A program made the position numbers and the translations under genes. 64,000 nt of DNA from an uncultured Chlamydiae bacterium (GTDB lineage: Bacteria; Chlamydiota; Chlamydiia; Chlamydiales; JAJFMA01): positions 698,708 through 762,707 of the forward strand of contig CAVQMM010000001.1 in NCBI GenBank assembly GCA_963713615.1. The letters are read 5' to 3'. The stretch's first letter is position 1. Every line of letters begins with the position of its first letter. Under the pieces are notes generated by a model. That model was not told where the DNA came from. It worked only from the letters and a program-made list of their open reading frames with translations, and ran no database searches. Positions 36,301-44,622 of the stretch are shown here, one piece after another.

Positions 36301-39300
36301 AGCGCTCATCGACTATGGGGATTCTTATTTTTGTGGTTGCCCTTGCGGTGGCGGTGAGCATCCTTCTGTTTCCTTTTTACGAACAAATATCGTTGATGTT
36401 GGCTGATGAAGGTCACTATAGCGAGGCGTTACAGCGGTATCAGGGTGAGCTGACTGGTGGAGAAGATACCTTGCCAGTCTTAGTATCAACTGTAAAAATG
36501 CTCGACGAACTATCTAGAAGCCAGGAGGCTATGAATTTAGCCACCAGCTTTGTAGCCAACCATCCTGATAATCCCCAAGCCGTTGCTTTCTTGCTGCAGC
36601 TATACAAGGATTCTAATCGTGAAAACCAGTTTCTTAACCTATTCTTGAGCCATGGTCCCAAGCCTGCTTCGGAGAGCTTATTGCGTGTAGCACAGCAAAT
36701 TTGTGAATCCTTAGGTGATGTTAGGGCAGAAATCCCTATTTTAGCAGAGCTTGTTTACCAACACGATGGGACCCCTAAAGAGCACTTTCGTCTTGCCTAT
36801 TTCCTAGCGCGGGAAGGCAACACCGAGAAGGCCGCCGATGCTATCCAGGCCATGATCAATAAATTTCCTGTCGATGCCCTCTCGAATCTTCAGATAGACC
36901 TAGCCGTTCGTATTCTGATCAGACAAAACCGAATAGATGAAGCGAATAAACTAGCTGCGAGGGTATTGAAGTCTACAAAGCATCGGTCTGAGTACTTTGA
37001 TATCGTGTCTATTTTTGTTGAGGAAGACCATCCACGCGAAGCGCTAGCTATTTTGGATATGCTACCTGAAAAAGTGCGCGAAAGTGAATTGGGGTTGGAG
37101 GTACGTCTTTCGCTTTTGGACTCATTAGGAGAAAGCAAAGCCTTCTATGAGCTACTGACTAGACTGATAGCTACCCACCGTCTCACGCCTCGCTTGTTTG
37201 CCGATGCCTTGCCTATTGCGTTGGATGAAGCTCCCACAAATTTGCTGCTGCAAATGGTGGGGGCTATAGATCTTCACAAAATCAACCCACAAAATCTTGA
37301 AGAGATAGCAACCCGATCTGTGGATAAAGATGAGCCTATAGTCGCTAAACAGATTTATAATAAACTAGGCACCACCTATCTGGAATCCTTTCCAGCCCTT
37401 CTGCTCGCGTTGGCCTTGGGCATGGGCGATATGACTGAGGTGGATGCGACTCAACGATATGACTCTATAGCTACCCGACTGACTGATCGAGAAAAGGCCT
37501 TTTTGGCGCCTCTTTTTGAAATTCGTGGAATGGACAAGCTTTCCCATGCCACATTGGCCTCTATCAAGTCCTTGAAGGGCTTTACTCCTCAAGAGGTCTT
37601 TGCCCTAGGCCTAAAATATGTCGGCTTTGATATGGTCGATCAGGGACAGGTACTTATTGATGCCTATGCTAGTGGCCTTGCGGTTCCTCCTGAAGAGGTT
37701 AAGGCAGCTACCGTAATATTGAAAATCGGTAAAGGGGATGTACAACCTGTTGTCGATTGGATGATCAGTGAGAAAGAAATCTCTGAAGCGATCCTCAAGG
37801 GCTTTTTCTCCATCGCCTTTGAAAAAAAATACGCTATTATTGCTCAGATGTCTGCAGATCGGTTGCTAAAACATTGGCCATCGGAGCTCTACCGTTCCTA
37901 TGTAGCAGCTGCACAGGCTATTGGCGACCATGAAGAAGAAGGGCTAAAGACATTACGTGAGATGTTTGCAGCAGGAGAACCTGTAGCAGGCCTTTACGTG
38001 GATGCCCTTGCCTATCGCGAACGCAACCAGCCCAATCTTGAACCTGAGCTTGTTTATGTGGTGACCGAGGAAGCGCATAACCCCACCGTCTCTCCCCACT
38101 TGCTTCGTCGCCTCGGGTACATGCTTATCAATGAGCATCTCATGGGATTAGCCTCTCCACTCTTTGAACGACTTGCCGAACATGGTTCATTAGTCAGCGA
38201 TGACGTTCAAGCTCTGTTATATACCTGGGGAACACATCCCACACCTGTCCAGCAGGAATGGATGGTAAAGCGCGCCGCTGCAGCTCCCTCCAAGGAAGAA
38301 ATTAAATGGCTTACCTATTTTGCTGAGGCCGATAAACCCCAGCTGGTGCTGGAGACGATTCATAGGTCTCCAGAGGGCAATCGTGGAGATAGAGATATTC
38401 TAGACATGCATTTTCAAGCCCTTGTCACCTTAAAGTACAAGGAAGAGGCCACCAAACTGCTTGCCTCTATGCTAGAGGATGAGACGGATATCAAGCGTCT
38501 TAAGTCTCTGGGAGCTATTGCCCAAGGCGGTGATCTGACTGAAGGCGCTGAGTCCATTTTTAAACGTATCTTGGAAGTAAATCCCGATGACCTCGATACA
38601 CTAAAAACGATGGGCATCTTGGCGTATGGACGTGGTGACGTCATCACCGCGCGCGAATATTTGGAGCACTATCTCGATCTTGCCGAAGGCGATTACCTTG
38701 TCAATTTCTATTATGGTGAAGTCCTAGAGTATTATGAGCGACGTTGTGACGCTTGGTGCTTTTATGAGGTTGCTCTTGAGCAGGTAGAGAGCCTTCAGAC
38801 GCCTACTTTTGATGAAAACCTCATGCGGGCCCACTTATTGGTTCGTCTAGAGTACTTTCAATCGGCGATCGACTGGTACTTTCGTCTTATTGATGAGCAT
38901 CCGAAGCAAATCGGCCTGTATAACGACCTAGCAGACCTTTATATCGATCGCGAGTGCTACTATAAGGCGGGTGCCATCATCGCTCTCGGGCTACAAGAGG
39001 CTGAAGATCCGGAGTTACCACCGGGAGAGCGTACTGCTGTAGTGCTTCTTCTCACGCAAAAGGTACGCTTGCTGAAAGAGAACAATTGCATCTGTGAGGC
39101 CTTGGCCTTAGCGGCCGAACTTGTTGAAGAATACCCCGAAAACTCTGAGGTGCTTGAGGTAGCTGCCGATCTTCAAGTACGCATTGGAAATTGGGGCGAA
39201 GCGCTGGATCTTCTTGATTCCGCCATCGATGTTGCCTCTGAGCGCGCCATCTTGTGGGATGAACGCGATACTGTCCTAGTCGATCACCAGCCCTACTGGA

Positions 39301-40211
39301 TTGCTGGTGTGGAGTATCGTGTTAGTGGTGGTCAGCGTGAAACTCTGGCAAGATACCACTTCGAGAATGATATTCTCCCTTGTTACCGCTTCTATACCGA
39401 TCTAGAACTAGACTATGGCTCGATCACAGATTTTGCTCTTTTTCCATCGGGAAATATCGTCTTGCTCAAGCGTGCTCGAGAGCGTGGAGCTTTTGGCGTA
39501 ATTCGTCAGTGGGGATGCGGTAGTACTGTTCAGGGCGCTTTACTGCTGTCCCAGGGCATTGTTGGTGTTGGTGTCAAGGCCATTAAGCTCGATTCTTATG
39601 GCTCCTGGGTTGTAGAGGGAGCCTATCATGAACCGTGTTGGGATCTGGTGCAATCCACCTTCCAGGAAGGCGCTCGCAATCGTATTCAAGGAACAAGGAT
39701 CTGGCACCCACTTCAACGTACTGAGTTAGTTGGAACTCTCGGATATAACCAATATAACCTGATGGCTAATGATCGTATGGCAACTTCTTACCTGCTCCAA
39801 GCGGGTTGGGGCTACCACCTTTCCCCCAATAATTGTTGGGCACGTGGTATAGGATATGGCACAGATCTTGCCCTTGCTTGTGCTTTGGATAAAGAGCATG
39901 TCTTATCTCAGGTAACGATCATTGGCGATGATGGCACTCCCTTTCAACCTCTGGGACTTGTCAGCAGAGAAATTTATACGGGTAGTTTGCTTCTCACAAG
40001 GAGATTTCACGATTGGCTATCCGTTGATGGCAGCGTAGGAATGTCCTACGACCGCGTAGCAGGCCGAGGTGGACCTGAGGGATCATTCGGCCTTACAGTA
40101 GGAAGAAAGTGCGGTTTTCAAGGACGTCTTTTGTACACACATACTCTTAGCACCACAGGGTTGGTTACTGCAGAGGATGCCATTAGATTCGATCTTCGTA
40201 GCCCATTGTAA
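36297..40211 (+). CDS. pelB: PelB-like export scaffold: N-terminal TM helix, long TPR-like solenoid, C-terminal beta-barrel-like porin region
   Basis: ATGA overlap with the upstream gene. TM GILIFVVALAVAVSILLFPFY, then about 950 aa of helical repeats (for example AESIFKRILEVNPDDLDTLKTMGILAYGRGDVITAREYLEHYL). The last ~330 aa have an alternating strand pattern (YWIAGVEYRVSGG, GTLGYNQYNL, GSFGLTVGRKCGFQGRLLYTHTL). Confidence 0.75.
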   Translation: MKRSSTMGILIFVVALAVAVSILLFPFYEQISLMLADEGHYSEALQRYQGELTGGEDTLPVLVSTVKMLDELSRSQEAMNLATSFVANHPDNPQAVAFLLQLYKDSNRENQFLNLFLSHGPKPASESLLRVAQQICESLGDVRAEIPILAELVYQHDGTPKEHFRLAYFLAREGNTEKAADAIQAMINKFPVDALSNLQIDLAVRILIRQNRIDEANKLAARVLKSTKHRSEYFDIVSIFVEEDHPREALAILDMLPEKVRESELGLEVRLSLLDSLGESKAFYELLTRLIATHRLTPRLFADALPIALDEAPTNLLLQMVGAIDLHKINPQNLEEIATRSVDKDEPIVAKQIYNKLGTTYLESFPALLLALALGMGDMTEVDATQRYDSIATRLTDREKAFLAPLFEIRGMDKLSHATLASIKSLKGFTPQEVFALGLKYVGFDMVDQGQVLIDAYASGLAVPPEEVKAATVILKIGKGDVQPVVDWMISEKEISEAILKGFFSIAFEKKYAIIAQMSADRLLKHWPSELYRSYVAAAQAIGDHEEEGLKTLREMFAAGEPVAGLYVDALAYRERNQPNLEPELVYVVTEEAHNPTVSPHLLRRLGYMLINEHLMGLASPLFERLAEHGSLVSDDVQALLYTWGTHPTPVQQEWMVKRAAAAPSKEEIKWLTYFAEADKPQLVLETIHRSPEGNRGDRDILDMHFQALVTLKYKEEATKLLASMLEDETDIKRLKSLGAIAQGGDLTEGAESIFKRILEVNPDDLDTLKTMGILAYGRGDVITAREYLEHYLDLAEGDYLVNFYYGEVLEYYERRCDAWCFYEVALEQVESLQTPTFDENLMRAHLLVRLEYFQSAIDWYFRLIDEHPKQIGLYNDLADLYIDRECYYKAGAIIALGLQEAEDPELPPGERTAVVLLLTQKVRLLKENNCICEALALAAELVEEYPENSEVLEVAADLQVRIGNWGEALDLLDSAIDVASERAILWDERDTVLVDHQPYWIAGVEYRVSGGQRETLARYHFENDILPCYRFYTDLELDYGSITDFALFPSGNIVLLKRARERGAFGVIRQWGCGSTVQGALLLSQGIVGVGVKAIKLDSYGSWVVEGAYHEPCWDLVQSTFQEGARNRIQGTRIWHPLQRTELVGTLGYNQYNLMANDRMATSYLLQAGWGYHLSPNNCWARGIGYGTDLALACALDKEHVLSQVTIIGDDGTPFQPLGLVSREIYTGSLLLTRRFHDWLSVDGSVGMSYDRVAGRGGPEGSFGLTVGRKCGFQGRLLYTHTLSTTGLVTAEDAIRFDLRSPL

Positions 40212-40229
40212 CAAGAGGGAGAGCCTTTA

Positions 40230-41615
40230 ATGAGAAGTCGCAGCAAGGCTGTCAAAGCTAAAAAACTTCCCGAACCAAGACCACAAAGACCCCACAAACT
40301 ATTAGGTATCCGCTTGGCGGCATTAGTAGAGATGGTCCTGATGTTTGCTGTGATGCTTATTGTGGGAGATGCTTTGGGGGCGTCACACCGTCTTATCACC
40401 GTTTCACCGCATCCCTTTTGGATCGTTGTGTTGCTGATCAGTGTGCAGTATGGATGCGTTGAAGGCATTATCGCCTGCGTATTGGCTACCCTCTGTCTGT
40501 ATGTTGGGAATGTCCCCCCTCAGGAATTCAGGGAAACCTTATTCGATTACCAAGTGAGGCTGGCTGCCTTGCCCTTTATGTGGTTTGTGGCAGCTTTTGT
40601 ATTGGGGGAGATGCGTCTACGAGTGGACTCTCAGAAGGAAGAACTAGCGGATCAACTTGATAATTTAACTGAAGAAGCGACCACGATTTTTGCCGCCTAT
40701 GAAAAGCTGAAAGATACCAAAGAGCAGCAAGATCGCTTACTCGCTAGCCAGCAACAGACTGCTGCTTCAATCTATCAAACCTTTAAATATCTGCAGTCGT
40801 TGGCCCCCACGCGTATCCTTCTGGACCTTGATAAGATCTTTGCCACGGCATTAGATCCTAGGAAATTCTCTGTTTATGCCGTAGGCCCTAATGGTTTGGA
40901 AGTAGCAACCTCGCATGGATGGCAAGATAACGATACTTTCATGCGAAGGATTCCTACCAGTCACCCTCTCTTCAAGGCTATCGCGGAGGAACGTCGTCTG
41001 GTAGCCATCATTAATCCTCTTGATCAGACGATTCTGCAAGGACAAGGCATGCTAGCCGCGCCCTTGATTGATCCAGAAAATAACCATCTTTTGGGTATGG
41101 TCAAAATCGAGGACATGGAATTCTTAGACTTTAACAGAAATACGCTCCAAGCTTTCCAGGCGCTGTGCGAGGTGATAGGCCTTGCCTATGCGCATGCCCG
41201 CCGCTTCCGGGCCCTGGATAGACAAGCTATTTTCGCTCCTGAAGCACCGATCTATTCCTCTGCATTTTTAGCCCAGCAAAAACCCTATATGGAAGAGCTA
41301 TCACGCCGTGCCAGACTACCTTTAACCTTAATTCATGTGCGAGGGTTCGAGGAACAACAGGACCAGGTACATGAACTTACCATGGGAGAGCTCTTAAAGT
41401 CAGCTGTACAACCGTTGGGCATGGTTTTTAAGGCGAGTCGAAAGCCTCTTGATTTTGTTATTTTGTTGCCCAATACAGACAAGGCTGCTGCAGAGGCATT
41501 ATCAGGGGAAATTCTCGAAGCAACACAGCGCGATAAACTTCTCTCTATGGTTAAGCTATCGCAAAAAGTCGAGATACTCAATAACCCGATTTCAGTGGGA
41601 GCAAAGCGATCATGA
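40230..41615 (+). CDS. pelD: PelD-like inner-membrane regulator: 4 TM + coiled coil + GAF-like + degenerate GGDEF-like domain
   Basis: TM segments (LAALVEMVLMFAVMLIV, FWIVVLLISVQYG, IIACVLATLCLYV, LAALPFMWFVAAFVLG), coiled coil QKEELADQLDNLTEEATTIFAAYEKLKD, GAF-like middle, and C-terminal ...GMVFKASRKPLDFVILLPNTD resembling a degenerate GGDEF strand. At 461 aa, about the length I recall for PelD. Position after pelB. Confidence 0.7.
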   Translation: MRSRSKAVKAKKLPEPRPQRPHKLLGIRLAALVEMVLMFAVMLIVGDALGASHRLITVSPHPFWIVVLLISVQYGCVEGIIACVLATLCLYVGNVPPQEFRETLFDYQVRLAALPFMWFVAAFVLGEMRLRVDSQKEELADQLDNLTEEATTIFAAYEKLKDTKEQQDRLLASQQQTAASIYQTFKYLQSLAPTRILLDLDKIFATALDPRKFSVYAVGPNGLEVATSHGWQDNDTFMRRIPTSHPLFKAIAEERRLVAIINPLDQTILQGQGMLAAPLIDPENNHLLGMVKIEDMEFLDFNRNTLQAFQALCEVIGLAYAHARRFRALDRQAIFAPEAPIYSSAFLAQQKPYMEELSRRARLPLTLIHVRGFEEQQDQVHELTMGELLKSAVQPLGMVFKASRKPLDFVILLPNTDKAAAEALSGEILEATQRDKLLSMVKLSQKVEILNNPISVGAKRS

Positions 41616-42676
41616 AGCTGGGAGACCCCGCAAAAGGGCAACCAAAAGATGCAATATTTGCGTTTTTGTTGCTAGCAACGCCCTTATTGGCTTTGGATTC
41701 CTTGCTGTGGTTTGAAGCTGTTCCCTCAGGTTTGCATTGGGCCTTTGCAATCATTGTCCACCTTATGCTTGTCTCGATAAGCTATCTAGCTATTGTGTGG
41801 CATCGATCACACAACTACGATTTGCGCTTTGTGGCCATTAATGCCCTCTTTGGTACCATGATGGGGCCATTTGGGATGATGACGACGATATTTGCGGCCT
41901 GCGTATCCAAGCTGATGAGGACCGATGGAATCTACTTCGAAGAATTGCTACAAGAGTTGCTCCCCGAGCTTCATGAACATCGTATTACGGAAAGTGCCCG
42001 CCGCCTACGTTCTGGCTTGGAACGAGTTGATGTGAATACCACGCCAGTTCCTTTTTTGGACCTCATGGCTTTTGGTTCAATGGATCAGAAGCGTGCTGTT
42101 ATTGGGGCGGCTTTGCGCTATTTTTCGCCGGAACTTACAAGGATTCTTCGAGCAGGTCTCAGAGATCCTGCCAACAGCATTCGAGTATTAGCTGCGACAG
42201 CTTTGGTGACTCTTGAGGAAAAATATCATTCGCGATTCGTAGAACTTCAAAAAGAAGTTGTAACGCACCCCGACGACAAGGAAGTCTTAGAAGCCTACGC
42301 CAAGCATTGCTCATATTTTGCTTTTTCAAATATCCTTGGAGAAGAACGTGCAGCTAAAATGCGCCAACTTGCTATAAGCGCTTACGAGGCTCTTCTCAAG
42401 GACCAGGGGCCTTCTATAGATTTATGCTGTGACCTTGCACGCCTCTATATCGCCGAAAATCAATTTAGTGAGGCCCTGAGTATCCTTGACAAATGGATGA
42501 ATTCCGGTTCCTCTTCGCCTTCCGGTGTGTTGGATCTCTATTCCGAAGCCCTATTTCGCTTAGGGCGTTATGAAGAATTAAGGCTCTTAGGCGAGCAGTA
42601 TGCTGCAGCCCTTGAGAGCCCCTTGGGAGCCGTTCAAGCCCCCAACCCCTTAGGGTTGTGGACCCAAAGTGTATAG
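41612..42676 (+). CDS. pelE: PelE-like inner-membrane TPR protein
   Basis: ATGA overlap with pelD. N-terminal TM helices (AIFAFLLLATPLLALDSLLWF, WAFAIIVHLMLVSISYLAIVW) followed by TPR-like helices (AISAYEALLKDQG...LARLYIAENQFSEALSILDKWM). Confidence 0.65.
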   Translation: MKLGDPAKGQPKDAIFAFLLLATPLLALDSLLWFEAVPSGLHWAFAIIVHLMLVSISYLAIVWHRSHNYDLRFVAINALFGTMMGPFGMMTTIFAACVSKLMRTDGIYFEELLQELLPELHEHRITESARRLRSGLERVDVNTTPVPFLDLMAFGSMDQKRAVIGAALRYFSPELTRILRAGLRDPANSIRVLAATALVTLEEKYHSRFVELQKEVVTHPDDKEVLEAYAKHCSYFAFSNILGEERAAKMRQLAISAYEALLKDQGPSIDLCCDLARLYIAENQFSEALSILDKWMNSGSSSPSGVLDLYSEALFRLGRYEELRLLGEQYAAALESPLGAVQAPNPLGLWTQSV

Positions 42677-42688
42677 AAGGACTGACTA

Positions 42689-44212
42689 ATGGTAAACACG
42701 ACACCCATGGCTGACATATGCATTATTCTAGAGGGAAGCTATCCCTATGTCACTGGTGGCGTATCCACATGGACTCATGACTTAATTCTATCCCAGCCAG
42801 ACCTCACGTTTCACCTCGCATGCATGGTAGCGCCACAAAGCAAACTCACATCCAAGTATGAGCTACCCGCCAATGTCGTCGGTGTTACAAATGTTGAGTT
42901 GCAGAAGCTTCCCGAAGGCGTTGAGAGCATTAGTAAAGCACAGGCTGTGCAGTTGTTTCAGACCTTAGAGCTTCCCTTGCTGACAATACAACATCGAGCT
43001 TCACTTCGAGGCCTTCAAACCATCATCGACGCCATTAGGCAACCGGGAGTGCCATTGGGTAGTGCCGTGCTTCTAGATTCGGAAGCAGCGTGGACTATGC
43101 TAATTCGAATGTACTTGGAGACCATGTCGGAGAGTAGCTTTCTTAACTATTTCTGGACCTGGCGTGGAACCTTAGCAGCGATCTATTCCGTATTGCTCAG
43201 CGAGCTTCCCCAAGCACGCTTATACCATACAGTATGCACAGGCTATGCGGGACTATTTTTAGCACGCGCTCACTTAGAGACAGGCAAACCAGCACTAATC
43301 ACCGAACATGGCATATACACTAATGAACGACGTATTGAAATCACCGCCGCGAGCTGGCTCGATGATGATAGAGGAGTTAATCTTAACATCCGAAAACCGC
43401 GCTATGAACGCGACTTAAAGGATTATTGGATCGATAGCTTCGGGGGCTTTTCAAAACTGGCTTATGAGGCTAGCAGCAAAATCCTCACGCTGTATGGTGG
43501 CAACCAGGAACTGCAGCTATTAGATGGTGCAGACCGCGCTAAGATGATGATTATTCCTAACGGTATCGATTATCCACGTTTTGCCGCACTTGTGCGTGAT
43601 AAACAGCAAAGGCCTACAATCGCTCTGATTGGTCGTGTTGTTCCTATCAAGGATGTAAAGACCTATATCCGAGCGTGCGGTATGCTTAAAGAACGCATAC
43701 CTAATCTGAATGCCTACATGATGGGGCCTACTGATGAAGATCCTGCCTACACCCAAGAGTGTGTGGCGTTGGTTAACCACTTAGGACTTCAGGATACCAT
43801 TACCTTTACTGGCAAGGTCAAGATCGTCGATTACCTGCCAAAGATCGATGTCATCGTCTTAACAAGTATTAGCGAAGCTCAGCCTCTAGTGCTTCTTGAA
43901 GCAGGTGCCGTGGGTATTCCATCAGTAGCCACCGATGTCGGAGCATGTAGAGAGATTATTTTTGGCATGTCTACAGAGGTTCCTCCACTAGGTCAGGGGG
44001 GGGATGTGGTATCCCTCTCAAATCCGGAGCAGACAGCACAAGCACTCTATAGACTACTGACCGATCAGCCCTATTACGATAGCTGTAGCAAAGCAATCAA
44101 AGAACGCGTTGCTCGCTACTACCGCGTCACCGATCAAACAAAGGCTTACCGAGACATTTATGATTCGTTATTGCTTGAAAGCACCGCAAACGCTTATACC
44201 ACACGTGGTTGA
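42689..44212 (+). CDS. pelF: PelF-like GT4 glycosyltransferase
   Basis: N-terminus ICIILEGSYPYVTGGVSTWTHDLI (PelF-type), ITEHGIYTNERRIE, LIGRVVPIKDVKT, and E-x7-E motif SEAQPLVLLEAGAVGIP. 507 aa. Confidence 0.85.
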   Translation: MVNTTPMADICIILEGSYPYVTGGVSTWTHDLILSQPDLTFHLACMVAPQSKLTSKYELPANVVGVTNVELQKLPEGVESISKAQAVQLFQTLELPLLTIQHRASLRGLQTIIDAIRQPGVPLGSAVLLDSEAAWTMLIRMYLETMSESSFLNYFWTWRGTLAAIYSVLLSELPQARLYHTVCTGYAGLFLARAHLETGKPALITEHGIYTNERRIEITAASWLDDDRGVNLNIRKPRYERDLKDYWIDSFGGFSKLAYEASSKILTLYGGNQELQLLDGADRAKMMIIPNGIDYPRFAALVRDKQQRPTIALIGRVVPIKDVKTYIRACGMLKERIPNLNAYMMGPTDEDPAYTQECVALVNHLGLQDTITFTGKVKIVDYLPKIDVIVLTSISEAQPLVLLEAGAVGIPSVATDVGACREIIFGMSTEVPPLGQGGDVVSLSNPEQTAQALYRLLTDQPYYDSCSKAIKERVARYYRVTDQTKAYRDIYDSLLLESTANAYTTRG

Positions 44213-44218
44213 ACGATC

Positions 44219-44530
44219 AACGATTCGTGCCGTTTTTAGGAGTAACACGGATGCACACGGATCTAGGAGGATTTAGGAGGATAGGATGGAAAAAACTAGT
44301 TCATCATTCTAAAACGATAAAAAATGGTTTTAGGATGGAATGGATCAACAGGAATTCAATTTCCCATCCTTATTTTAGGAGTAACACGGATGCACATGGA
44401 TTTATGGAAGTTGAACTAAAATCATTTTTTACCGTTTTAACATGTGGATTTAGTTCTTTTCATTCTATCCTCCTAAATCCTCCTAGATCCGTGTGCATCC
44501 GTGTTGCTCCTAAAAATGGAACGAATCATT
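44219..44530. repeat. Family-1 long palindromic element, copy B, inserted between pelF and pelG
   Basis: Left arm aacgattcgtgccgtttttaggagtaacacggatgcacacggatctaggaggatttaggaggatagga. Right arm tcctatcctcctaaatcctcctagatccgtgtgcatccgtgttgctcctaaaaatggaacgaatcatt. An internal extra half-copy ttttaggagtaacacggatgcacatgga lies at about 44374. Confidence 0.9.
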
Positions 44531-44622
44531 ACCCACTTGCGATTTTTGAATCTCTTGGCTTTGGCGCGGTCCAAATTCCAAATTTATGATCAATTGTGGT
44601 ATAGCAGCAAAAGGAGGCTTTA

